Shown: positions 27,652 to 36,793 of the stretch, piece after piece
Numbering within the stretch: the first letter of the stretch is position 1
How the letters are laid out: each line of letters opens with the position of its first letter
From: a virus
Taxonomy: Duplodnaviria; Caudoviricetes
Length of the DNA: 60,016 bases
IMG/VR virus record: IMGVR_UViG_3300045767_000001
Location: 1-60,016 of that record
Direction: 5' to 3' (one strand)
Notes under the pieces: model-generated
What the model was told of the DNA's origin: nothing
The model's database searches: none
The model's input: only the letters and a program-made list of their open reading frames with translations
Program-made: the position numbers and the translations under genes

Positions 27652-29630
27652 CAGTAGGCGCCGATGTTCCAGGCGCCGGATGCGGAGCGCGCTTCGCCGG
27701 CGATGTTCGCTTTACATGCCGTCTCCGCCGCGCTGGTCATCAGTTCGCATGTGGTTTTCAGGTTCGCGCCGTTGCCGATCGCTTCGCTACCGGATTCCGG
27801 TTTGCCCTGTTCGCCCGCGCTTTCGGATTCGATGACTTTCGCGTTGCTGACGAGTTTGCTGTTGGCTTCGCCTTTGATGCAGGTGCCGTAGGCGGCGGTG
27901 GTGAAGAATTCTTCCTTGGTTTTGCTGGCGTTCCAGCACACGAACGGGTCGGAGGCATAGTATTTGCCGTAGAGCTGATAGTTCGGTTCCGTTTCGTGGG
28001 CTTCGTAGTGCGATTCGATCAGCACCGGACAGTTCGAGATGAGGTTGTTCTTCTCAAGCGCCAGGGACGTGAAGCCGCTGTTGTTGTCTTTCAGGCAGCC
28101 CGTGCCACCGGGTTCGCTACCGGGGCCGAGGAACGTGTTGTTGAAGATGTAGGGCTTGCCGGAGTTGACGCTGACGATCCCGTTGCCCAACGTGGTTTCT
28201 TTGCCGACCTGGAAGACGTTGTTGAAAATGTAGATCGGCGATGTATACGCTGCGCACGGCGTGTCGCCGCCGATGCCTTTGCCGCCCTCGATGAACATGT
28301 CCGCGTCAAAGGACCCGTCTTCACCGGAGGCTTCGGGGCTGCGCTGCGTACCGCCGATCGTGTTGTCGTAGATGTACAGCCCTTCGTATTTCGCGCCTTC
28401 GTCGTGGTTGTTGCCGGTGTAGCAGTGAATGGCGGCCAAATGGAAGTTGTGTTCCGGCGTGTCCCATTTCCCCTCGTTGAGGATGTGGTTGTTGTGGAAG
28501 TAGATCCTCCCGAGGCTGCATTCGCAGTTCGGCCCTGGTATCCAGCCGTGGGCGACGCTTTCGATCGTGTTGCTGTAGAAGTTGTCTTCCGTGTTGGTGC
28601 CTTCAAACGGGGTGAGGAACGCCCAGCCGGCTTCTTTCATCGTCACGTTGTCTACCGTGTCGTTGCTGCCGGACAGGACGATCGCGTTCTCGCCCTGCGG
28701 GTTGTTTTTGTTGAACGCGTAGGTCGCCTTGATGAACATGTTGAGGATCGACAGGTGTTCGATCGTCAGGTGGTTCGTCGTTTTGGCGTTGATCCCGTCC
28801 GTTTCCCATTCTTTGTTGTATTCCGTGTAGGCCGAGCCGGATTCGGTCGCTTCGATCACACCGTTGGTGCCGCCGTCGATCGTGAGGTATTCCTCACCGT
28901 TGGTGTTCAGACAGCCACCTTCGCCCTGTGTCGGACAGTGCGGTTTGCTGATCTTCGCGCCCGCAGCGAAATAGACCCCGATCGGGCTGCCGGACGTGCC
29001 TGCGCTGTGCACGGTGACCTGTTCGGTGATCGTGCCGCACAGCTCGGCGCCCTTGCCCGCGACGAGTTTGCCGGCGCCCCAGTTACCGCCGCCGGTTTCG
29101 CTGAGGTATGACACCGGCTTCGCGGTCGCGCATTCTGAGCCCGTTTCCGCGCCTTTGCCGGTCTGGGCAACATGTAGGCATTCGGCGCATGGATCGCCGG
29201 GTGCCGCTGGCACTTCCCCCGTTTCCGCACTGTGCGCCGTGGCGGACCCGAAGCCGTTGGTCGCGGTGACCGTCACCCGCAGCTTGTGGCCTTCATCGGC
29301 GGTGGCGACCGTGTAGCTCGACGTGGTCGCGCCGGAGATCCCCGAGCATGTGCCGGACGTGCAGCGTTCCCACTGGTAGGCGTAGCTCGACGGGTTGTTC
29401 CGCCATTTGCCGCTGGTGGCGTGGAAGACCTCGCCGACGAACGGGCTCGCCACTGAGCCGAAGCCGCGGACATGAGGGTGGCAGATGCGCAATATGCAGG
29501 AGTGCGGCAGGAGCCCGGCGTCCTGGCTGAACCCCGCGAAGCTCACCACTGGCTGGCCTTCGCCCGCTGGTACCGCGCCACCACAGCCCGCGAGCAGCAC
29601 GACGAGGGGCAGCAGCAGGGCGCGTCTCAT
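27651..29630 (-). CDS. Lipoprotein with Ig-like domain and right-handed beta-helix (pectin-lyase-like)
   Basis: LLAGC lipobox; SYAYQWERC...GATTSSYT...LRVTVTATN Ig motif; YIFNN/NNTF/KNN repeats; IGAY end. Confidence 0.75.
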   Translation of the reverse strand: MRRALLLPLVVLLAGCGGAVPAGEGQPVVSFAGFSQDAGLLPHSCILRICHPHVRGFGSVASPFVGEVFHATSGKWRNNPSSYAYQWERCTSGTCSGISGATTSSYTVATADEGHKLRVTVTATNGFGSATAHSAETGEVPAAPGDPCAECLHVAQTGKGAETGSECATAKPVSYLSETGGGNWGAGKLVAGKGAELCGTITEQVTVHSAGTSGSPIGVYFAAGAKISKPHCPTQGEGGCLNTNGEEYLTIDGGTNGVIEATESGSAYTEYNKEWETDGINAKTTNHLTIEHLSILNMFIKATYAFNKNNPQGENAIVLSGSNDTVDNVTMKEAGWAFLTPFEGTNTEDNFYSNTIESVAHGWIPGPNCECSLGRIYFHNNHILNEGKWDTPEHNFHLAAIHCYTGNNHDEGAKYEGLYIYDNTIGGTQRSPEASGEDGSFDADMFIEGGKGIGGDTPCAAYTSPIYIFNNVFQVGKETTLGNGIVSVNSGKPYIFNNTFLGPGSEPGGTGCLKDNNSGFTSLALEKNNLISNCPVLIESHYEAHETEPNYQLYGKYYASDPFVCWNASKTKEEFFTTAAYGTCIKGEANSKLVSNAKVIESESAGEQGKPESGSEAIGNGANLKTTCELMTSAAETACKANIAGEARSASGAWNIGAY

Positions 29631-29962
29631 AGCCAGCCGGGTGCCCCGGGACGCAGGTTGGCGATGTCCACCGGGCTCGTGAGGTGCGAGACCTGGACGA
29701 AGTAGTCTTCGGGCTGGGCTTCTTCGATCTGCTCGGTGACGCCGTACTGGACGCCCGTCGGGACGGTTTCAGTGTCGTCGTTCGCGTACAGCTCGACCGC
29801 GAACGCGCCATCCTCGTTGAGCGTAGTGATTGTGGGCGCGGGGTCCACCTGGACGCCGCTGTTGCTCATCGGCTGGGTGAGCGTGAACGTCAACGAGCCC
29901 GTGGCGGGTTCACCCGTCGGGGTGAGGTAGCGGCCGGTGACTTCGACGGTGGTGAAGGCCAT
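29627..29962 (-). CDS. Small structural protein (tail-fibre N-terminal-like)
   Basis: G.YLTPTG.P.TG...G.F.V.L.AND...Y.V.E pattern. Confidence 0.55.
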   Translation of the reverse strand: MAFTTVEVTGRYLTPTGEPATGSLTFTLTQPMSNSGVQVDPAPTITTLNEDGAFAVELYANDDTETVPTGVQYGVTEQIEEAQPEDYFVQVSHLTSPVDIANLRPGAPGWL

Positions 29963-30153
29963 CAGCCCTCCAGTTCTGCGGCGAGATGCCGAAGCGCCTT
30001 CGCGGCCTCGCACTTGCAGTGCGGCTTACGCCGGGCGAGCGCGATCATCCCGGCGAGCTGGCGCTCGAGCTCTGCCTCGCGCTTGAGATGGTGTACGACT
30101 GACTGGCGGAGAAGGGCGCGCTCAGCGTCGAGACGCGCCCTCTCCGCGTGCAT
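29962..30153 (-). CDS. Hypothetical protein
   Basis: TGATG coupling on both sides. Confidence 0.5.
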   Translation of the reverse strand: MHAERARLDAERALLRQSVVHHLKREAELERQLAGMIALARRKPHCKCEAAKALRHLAAELEG

Positions 30154-31028
30154 CAGAGTGTCGGGCCGAGCGTGAAGACGGTGCCGGCTTCTCCGGCTGC
30201 CGCTTCTTTCGTCGCGCCGGTGCCTTTGCCTGCGGCGCCGCCCGCGACGTTGGTCGTGACCGACGTGTTGACGCTTTCAGCGCAGGCGAGGATGATCGCG
30301 CCACCGCCACCGCCGCCGCCACCACCGGCTTCTCCGCCGGTTTCGCCGATGCCTCCCGCGCCGCCCACCGCTTCGATTTTCAGGGTGCCGTAGATCTTCG
30401 GCGTCGAGATGAAGACGATACCGCCGCCGCTTCCTCCGCCGCCGCCTTTGCGGGTGCCGTCGCCGGTGCCGCCGCCGCCGCCAGCCCCACCGACGGGCTT
30501 CTGGATACCGGCTGCGCTGGAGAGATAGCCGAACAGCCCGAGGCCGATTTCGTGGACCGATCCCAGCTTGGCTTCGAGGGCGGTTGCGGTGCCGGCTGCG
30601 CCGCCCGTGTTGCCGGATTTGCCTTCGCCGCCTTTGCCGCCCGCGCCGCCGAGGGTCTTCGTGGCGTTGCTGCCCGCTTTCGCGGTCGTGACTTCGCCGG
30701 CGCCCCCGGCCGTGCTAGTGCGTGCGAGCGTGCCCGCTTCTGAAAGCGCGGCACCTGCGACCGCTTCCGCGCCGGCTTTCCCGTTGTCCGCGATCGTCCC
30801 TTCGCCGGAGACCGACACCGACGCCCGGATTCGGAACCCGGCGGTTTTGATCGTGACGCCTTTGTTCACGACGATGGTCGTGGCGAACACGTCGCGCGTC
30901 AGCGTGTATTCGTTGGCCGATGGCGTCAGTTCGATGACTTTGGTGACGCCATCGAAGACGAGGGCGCCATCCGAGCCGTCCCCGTTGTCGAAGTCGGCCG
31001 TTGTGGCGCTAGACGTTAGGTTGCCCAT
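30153..31028 (-). CDS. Glycine-rich structural protein
   Basis: GDGSDG start; poly-Gly GGGGSGGG repeats. Confidence 0.75.
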   Translation of the reverse strand: MGNLTSSATTADFDNGDGSDGALVFDGVTKVIELTPSANEYTLTRDVFATTIVVNKGVTIKTAGFRIRASVSVSGEGTIADNGKAGAEAVAGAALSEAGTLARTSTAGGAGEVTTAKAGSNATKTLGGAGGKGGEGKSGNTGGAAGTATALEAKLGSVHEIGLGLFGYLSSAAGIQKPVGGAGGGGGTGDGTRKGGGGGSGGGIVFISTPKIYGTLKIEAVGGAGGIGETGGEAGGGGGGGGGAIILACAESVNTSVTTNVAGGAAGKGTGATKEAAAGEAGTVFTLGPTL

Positions 31029-31068
31029 GCTTCACTCCTTCTCTGCGCCATGCGCAGGCGTCTGTTTG

Positions 31069-31341
31069 CTATTGCGGGTAGAGGAACGCGACGGTCGTTT
31101 CGCCGCTTTCCGTGATGGCAAAGAGTTCGTTGAGATGGCCGCCGACCGATGGGACGACGATGCTCGTTTTCGCCGCCAGCGGGTAGCCCGTCGATGCCGT
31201 GACTTCAGGGCCGCCGAGTAGCACGGCGACCGAGCCCGTGTTCTGGACGAGTATGCCGTCGTTGCCGGTGTTGAGCTGGCACACAAGGGTCGCTTTCGCC
31301 TTGACGGTTACGACCCCCGCGATAAAAGACGGCCCAGCCAT
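31069..31341 (-). CDS. Small beta-rich structural protein
   Basis: ILVQN.GS..V.LGG..VT...GYPL motif. Confidence 0.6.
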   Translation of the reverse strand: MAGPSFIAGVVTVKAKATLVCQLNTGNDGILVQNTGSVAVLLGGPEVTASTGYPLAAKTSIVVPSVGGHLNELFAITESGETTVAFLYPQ

Positions 31342-31541
31342 CAGTCGTCAACGGTCCCATTGAAATATTCGGACATTCAGCTACTCCTTCTCCGCGCCCT
31401 CGCCGGGCGTGGTCTCGGCCGGTGGGGCCTGGTGTGGTACTGGTGCGTTGCGGGCCTGCTGGACGGTGCCGGCGAGTCCACTGCGGAACTGCTTGCGCCG
31501 CTCGATCTCCTCGTCCGTCAGCGTCTCGTCGTCCATCGGTC

Positions 31542-32204
31542 CTACTCGGCCGGTGTGTACTGGACGACGACGGTCGTGGCCGGAGGGGCACCAGCGACGC
31601 TGACGCAGGCATCCTGCGGCTTGCCCTCGACGGACGTGACAGTCACGGTCCCCTCACAGGGCGTGGTGTCGCCGGTGGCGAGCACCAGCTCGCCGAGGAG
31701 CGTCGGCTCGAGCATGCCCTCCGGCGGCACGGCGAGCTGTGTCGTGCCGTTGCCCTCGGCGTCGGTGTCGATCTGCAGCTGCGGCAGATCGACGGTCGTG
31801 ACCGGCTTCTGCCCGATCGCCGCGATGACAGCTTCCTTGTTCGGGAGCTTGCCGGGGTTCTCGACGCCGGCCTCGGCGGCGAGCGCGTTGAGCTCGTTCC
31901 GCGACATGGCCTCCAGGTCGTCCTCTGCGGCAGGCTCGACACCGGGGAGTTCCGCGGCGACACGGTCGATCTCCACCTGGATCTCCACTTGGCGCTCGGT
32001 GGGCGCGTTCACGAGCTCCTGCCGGAGCGCGTCGTAGTAGACGCGGGTGGGCTGCGCGACAGTGCTCGAGCTTTCCGGCTTGACCGTCGGGCGCTTCTGT
32101 TCGTCGGCGTAGGCGATCTGTTCGTCGATCGACTTGAGCCGCTCGGGGTCTGTGATTTCCTTGCGCTCCCTGCGAAGGGCGGCGATCACGTCGTCGGGGT
32201 GCAT
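31542..32204 (-). CDS. Capsid-adjacent protein with Rho-N/HeH-like motif
   Basis: LEAMSRNELNALA...G...NKEAVIAAI; AAGGAAG RBS. Confidence 0.65.
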   Translation of the reverse strand: MHPDDVIAALRRERKEITDPERLKSIDEQIAYADEQKRPTVKPESSSTVAQPTRVYYDALRQELVNAPTERQVEIQVEIDRVAAELPGVEPAAEDDLEAMSRNELNALAAEAGVENPGKLPNKEAVIAAIGQKPVTTVDLPQLQIDTDAEGNGTTQLAVPPEGMLEPTLLGELVLATGDTTPCEGTVTVTSVEGKPQDACVSVAGAPPATTVVVQYTPAE

Positions 32205-32229
32205 GGCTTCCTTTCGTCAGGGGTTGAGA

Positions 32230-32315
32230 GCGCGCGGCCCGGAGTCGAACCGGGAGCGGCGCCGGAGCGCCGCGGCCCGATGCCGCGCTGTTCGCAACGG
32301 CCCGAAGGCCGCGCA
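32230..32315 (-). ncRNA. tRNA-like cloverleaf element downstream of the capsid gene
   Basis: Acceptor TGCGCGG/CCGCGCG; D-like TTCG/CGAA; CGCGG-CATCGGG-CCGCG arm; variable arm; canonical T-arm CCCGG-TTCGACT-CCGGG. Confidence 0.6.
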
Positions 32316-32342
32316 TCTACGCCGCCGAGGCGGCTGTAGGGG

Positions 32343-34085
32343 TCAGGAGTTGAACGTCCGGTGTTCTGAGGACATCCCGGTGCCGGTGATGACTGACGTG
32401 GCGGTCGGGTAGCGCGCCGCCGTGAACGCGCCATAGTTGTATGCCTGCAGGAGCACGGAGAGCTGCAGCCCGTAGGTCTGCGGCAGCGCCCGGGTTATCA
32501 CCGGCGACTCGTACAGGAGGTTCTCCTGGCCGCGGGTGATGATCCCGACATCCTGGTTTTTGTTGGAGCCGAGGTTCTTGACGATGTTCGCGTCCTCGAA
32601 CGTGTGCAGCAGCCCGAGCTGACGGCCCACGGCGCCTTCGGCGACCGCGTCGTCCGGGGCGACCTGCAGCGCGTTGAACGGCCCGTTGTAGTCGGGTACG
32701 ACGAGTGGCCGTTCGGTGGTGTCGAACGTCTGGGCGATCCACTCCCAGAGTTCCGGGCGGATGAACTGGTGTGTCGCGGGACGGAAGATCGTTTCGGCGA
32801 CTTCCTTCTTCGCGACACCCATCCGTCCGTAGTAGCCCTTCACCGTCGGCGAGGACTGGGTCCAGGTGATCGTGTTGATCCCGGCGGTGTTGAGCAGCCC
32901 GGTCGGTTCGCCGTTTTCTCCGGAGCCGTTGATGACGAACAGGTCCATGCACTGGGCCTGCGCTGCGGCGAGGTCGCCCCAGATCACCGTGTCGAAGTGG
33001 ATCGGGGAGCGTTCCATGAGCTGCAGCGAGATGATCTGGCCGCCCGCCGCGGTGAACACCGGGATCGAGATGTACTTCGTTTCGATGTCGGTGAGCGAGA
33101 TGTTCGTGTTCTGAATCCCTTGGGCGGTGTAGGTCGTGCCCTTCGCCACCTTCGGGATGTACATCTGCATCGTGCCGTCCGGCAGGTCTTCGTGGCCCAT
33201 GCAGTTCGCCACGACCCGCCCGGCGCGCAGAAACGCGACCCACTTGGCGATCATGTAGTCGGGCGGCACGAACTCGCCACCGGCGGTGAGCGTGGTGGAG
33301 AGCGCGCGGTAGGACATCTGACGGTCGGCGAGCGAGCCGCGGTTCTGCTCGCGCGTGTTGCGCACCTCGATCATCTGTTTCAGGAAGTAGCCGTCATGGG
33401 AACGCTGTGCCTTCTCGCGCTCCTCATGGGCCATCCGGCCGATGCGCTCCTCGACCTCGAGCGCCCGGTGGTGGTTCTGCTGGCCGTTGCGCTGCATCCG
33501 CTCGACCGCCTCGAAGTGCGAGGAGCCCATCGCGGCGACCGGGAACGCGAGCGTGCAGATGTCCTTGAGGAACGAGACGCCGTTGCCCCGCTCGTACACG
33601 GGCACGTCGCGGATCGATTCGACGTTGCCGCCGACGGAGCCCGCAGGGAGATCCCCGAGCCCGAGTTCGCGACGGGTCTGTGCGAGCGCCTGGGTCGCCC
33701 GCTCGCTGCGCTGCTCCTTCTTCAGCTTGCGCAGCTCGTCCTCGCGCAGCTCGATCTGCTCGCCGGCGCTCGCGATCCGCGCCTTCAGTTCGCCGCGCTT
33801 CTCGGCCTCCTCGGGCGTGAACGCCCGCGCCGCGCCCTGGCCATCGACCGCGCCGTCGTCGATCTTCTCGAGCTCGTCCTCGAAGCCTTTGCGGTCCTGC
33901 GCGAGGGTGGCGAGCTTCTTGCGTAGCGCCTTCTTCGGCTTCTCGGCGTCGCCGGATCCCGCCTGGCCGGAGCCTCGCTGGCTGCCGCCCACGATCTCGG
34001 CGAGCGCCTTGCGGACCTCCAGGGCGACCGCCGCGCCGCTGTCGTCCGGCTTGTCGTACAGAAACAGCCATCCCCGTCTGCGCAT
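32343..34085 (-). CDS. Major capsid protein, HK97 fold, with N-terminal scaffold domain
   Basis: RALST..GGEFVPP, ISLQLMERS and NGSG.NGEPTGLLN motifs; N-terminal coiled coil. Confidence 0.9.
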   Translation of the reverse strand: MRRRGWLFLYDKPDDSGAAVALEVRKALAEIVGGSQRGSGQAGSGDAEKPKKALRKKLATLAQDRKGFEDELEKIDDGAVDGQGAARAFTPEEAEKRGELKARIASAGEQIELREDELRKLKKEQRSERATQALAQTRRELGLGDLPAGSVGGNVESIRDVPVYERGNGVSFLKDICTLAFPVAAMGSSHFEAVERMQRNGQQNHHRALEVEERIGRMAHEEREKAQRSHDGYFLKQMIEVRNTREQNRGSLADRQMSYRALSTTLTAGGEFVPPDYMIAKWVAFLRAGRVVANCMGHEDLPDGTMQMYIPKVAKGTTYTAQGIQNTNISLTDIETKYISIPVFTAAGGQIISLQLMERSPIHFDTVIWGDLAAAQAQCMDLFVINGSGENGEPTGLLNTAGINTITWTQSSPTVKGYYGRMGVAKKEVAETIFRPATHQFIRPELWEWIAQTFDTTERPLVVPDYNGPFNALQVAPDDAVAEGAVGRQLGLLHTFEDANIVKNLGSNKNQDVGIITRGQENLLYESPVITRALPQTYGLQLSVLLQAYNYGAFTAARYPTATSVITGTGMSSEHRTFNS

Positions 34086-34191
34086 CGTGTGCTCCTTTGA
34101 GTCGGATTTGGGTTGTGCGCGAGTGGTCCGCGCAGCTCCGGCTCGCTCGATGCGAGTGGTGGCGTGCGACTGCCGGCTTGCGGTGATTCAG

Positions 34192-34548
34192 TCAGCTCTT
34201 GATCCGCGCGTTCCAGAGCAACAGGCACATGGCCTTCCCCTGGGCGGCGCGACAGTTTGCCTTCGAGTTGTCCAGCAGCACTTCTACGTCGTTGTCTTCG
34301 ATTGCCTTCAGCTTGTTCTGCGGGTGCGGCTGAGGGCAGACGATCAGGGAGCGGTACAGGTCGCTGGAGATCCCGAGCCCCGTCAGGTATTCGCGCTTCG
34401 CGGCGACGTCGGCCTTCGTGACTGCGGTCGCCTCGACTCCGGTGATGACGAAGACGCCGAAGCCCGCGGCCGTGAACGCGCTCATCATCGACTGAAACTC
34501 GCGCGGGAAGCTGTCGACCGTCCCATCGATATCGATGGCTATATTGAT
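34192..34548 (-). CDS. HAD-superfamily phosphatase (probable ATC start)
   Basis: In-frame extension upstream of ATG 34488 gives INIAIDIDGT (motif I), then VITG, K and LLDN. Confidence 0.65.
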   Translation of the reverse strand: MNIAIDIDGTVDSFPREFQSMMSAFTAAGFGVFVITGVEATAVTKADVAAKREYLTGLGISSDLYRSLIVCPQPHPQNKLKAIEDNDVEVLLDNSKANCRAAQGKAMCLLLWNARIKS

Positions 34549-36170
34549 CGCCGCCCCCGTAGCTGGTTGCGTTCTCGTTCGCGAGCGCGGGCGAGCGCGT
34601 AGGGGTTCTGCGAGCGGGACCCGGCGCCGTCCTTCGGACTGATCGGGTTTTCCTGGACACCCGGGGGCACCTGGCTGTTCTGCCCGTCATCGCTCGCGCC
34701 TGCGTTGGAGTTGGCGAGCACGTTCGAGACTTTCTCGACCGCTTCGGCATGGCTGTTCGCCATTTTCGAGTGCGCTTTGTCCGCGGCGCCGAGCGCGTCG
34801 AGCGCCTGTTTCAAGAGCCCTTCGTTCTTCGAGGAAAGCGTCTTGCCGGCGCGCAGCTCCAGCATCGTCTGCGCGACGAGGAACGTCCGTGCGCGTCCGT
34901 GCGGGCCGCTTGTTCGGCTGACGACTTCGTCGGCGTGCGCGAGCGCACGGAGCGCCTTCTCGATCAGGTCGTCGCTGTCGTCGGGGAGTGCCTGGCGATC
35001 GACGATCACCGGCAGCGCGGAGCGGACCGACAGCTCGCTGTCGGAGAGCCACAAGCTGCGGCCCTCGCGCCCGAGCGCGGAGCGCATCGCGTCGACGAGG
35101 CCGCCCGACGCTGTTGGGTTCACGGGGTAGGTCACGATCGAGGTGTCGTAGAGCATCGCCTCGATGACGTCGCGTTTGTCGTAGGTGTTGTTCCAGGCTT
35201 CCTTGATCGCCCGGAATGAGACGCTCATGTCTTTCAGCACGCCGCGTTCGCATTGCACGCAGATCGAGTTGGAGAACTGGTCGCGGCGGTCGAACTCGGC
35301 GGCGTTGCGCAGCCCCTTCGCGACCTCCGAGAGCTCCGATGTCCCGCTCGCCGTCGAGGCCAGCGGCGGGTGCGAGTCGTCGTGGTTGTAGAGCATCGGC
35401 ACGTTTCCGCGCTCTGTGATCGTCTTGGCCCACGCGCCGGGCTGCATCCGCTCGTCATATTCGCCAAGCCAGTCGGAGACTGCGTAGGCGACGCCCGTGG
35501 GCGACGGGAAGCCGACGAAGTGGGCGATGTGCCCGTCTGCCTCGGCACCCATCCGCACCTGGATCTCCGCGGTGTGCGCCGGCGGCTGCTCAACCAGCGA
35601 CATGAACCCGGCGCGCTTCGCGGTCGCCCAGTTCACGGACCGTTCGGGGGTGTCTTCGTGGCCGTCCTTGGACTGCGCGACGATCGCCTTGTCGAGCTCC
35701 TTCTCGGCTCCTTCGATGTGCTTCATCACCGCCGTGTCGTCCGGGTCTGTCTTGTAGTCGGGGTCGGCGAGCTGCTTGGCCTTGACGCCCGCGAGCAGCA
35801 TCTTCGATTCCCGCAGCCCGTGGGCGATCCCGTAGTCCTCGGGGGTCGGTGCGTCGCGGGTCTCGCCCTCGGGCTCCCCCGACTTGGCGGCGGTCAACGA
35901 GCCGTCCGCCTTCCAGGTCTCGGGGATCTTGTCCGCTTTGCCCATCGCCTTCGCGCGGGCCGCAACGTACTTGCGGATCGCGTCATGCTCAGCACCGCCG
36001 CGGCCGACTGCTTGGACCGCTTTGTCGAGGTCGTCGTCATCGTCGATCGAGTAGGACGTGCCTCCGGGGAACGTGTGCCCCTTGGCCTGTAGCGCCTTGA
36101 GCTGGTCGGCGCTGTACTTCGCGCGCACCTGCTCCAGGTAGGCAGCGTGCCTCTGCTCATGCTCGGTCAC
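34539..36170 (-). CDS. HK97-type prohead protease with N- and C-terminal extensions
   Basis: PGAWAKTI, MLYNHD, MSVSF and SIVTYP motifs. Confidence 0.88.
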   Translation of the reverse strand: MTEHEQRHAAYLEQVRAKYSADQLKALQAKGHTFPGGTSYSIDDDDDLDKAVQAVGRGGAEHDAIRKYVAARAKAMGKADKIPETWKADGSLTAAKSGEPEGETRDAPTPEDYGIAHGLRESKMLLAGVKAKQLADPDYKTDPDDTAVMKHIEGAEKELDKAIVAQSKDGHEDTPERSVNWATAKRAGFMSLVEQPPAHTAEIQVRMGAEADGHIAHFVGFPSPTGVAYAVSDWLGEYDERMQPGAWAKTITERGNVPMLYNHDDSHPPLASTASGTSELSEVAKGLRNAAEFDRRDQFSNSICVQCERGVLKDMSVSFRAIKEAWNNTYDKRDVIEAMLYDTSIVTYPVNPTASGGLVDAMRSALGREGRSLWLSDSELSVRSALPVIVDRQALPDDSDDLIEKALRALAHADEVVSRTSGPHGRARTFLVAQTMLELRAGKTLSSKNEGLLKQALDALGAADKAHSKMANSHAEAVEKVSNVLANSNAGASDDGQNSQVPPGVQENPISPKDGAGSRSQNPYALARARERERNQLRGRRSI

Positions 36171-36256
36171 TGCTGCCCTCCTTCGGGTTCTGTGGCGGGT
36201 TCGCCGCCCTTGGCGCTGTTCGGGGATCTTGGGCGTCCAGATCGCTCGCGCGCCGC

Positions 36257-36712
36257 TTACTGGGCGGCGGCGAAGCGGGCGAGATAGGCGTCGGCGCGCT
36301 CCAGGAATCCTGGCTGCTCATATCGCCCGAGCCATGAGTTACACCGTGCGCACAACAAGCCGCGCACTCCGCCATCCCGATGGCAGTGATCGACGTAGAG
36401 CCTGCTGTTGCCGTTGAGTTTGCCGCAGATCGCGCACACGCCGCCCTGTGCCGCCAGCATCGCCTCATACTGCTCAACCGTGATGCCATAGCGTTCGCGA
36501 TAGCTCTTGCTGCGCGCCTTGCGTCTCGCTATGGGCGTCCGCGACGTGTGAAGCTTGCAGCATGCCGTTGAGCAAAAGGCATGATTGCGCCTCACCCGCG
36601 CGAAGTCTTCTCCGCACACAGGGCACGAGGCAACAGTCACTGGCGCTGGCGGGATCGGGACACCGTGCTCGCGGCGCGCCTTCGCAGCCCGGTGAGCATG
36701 CTTATCGCACAT
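36257..36712 (-). CDS. Endonuclease VII-family homing endonuclease
   Basis: YGIT..Y..ML..Q.G.CAICG...VDHCH...VRGLLC..CN..LG. Confidence 0.85.
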   Translation of the reverse strand: MCDKHAHRAAKARREHGVPIPPAPVTVASCPVCGEDFARVRRNHAFCSTACCKLHTSRTPIARRKARSKSYRERYGITVEQYEAMLAAQGGVCAICGKLNGNSRLYVDHCHRDGGVRGLLCARCNSWLGRYEQPGFLERADAYLARFAAAQ

Positions 36713-36793
36713 TCCATACCGCCGCGAGGGTTTCTCGCACCCGTCGATGTAGCAGGTAGGGGGAATGCCCTTGAATGGTGCGATCCGGCTATC

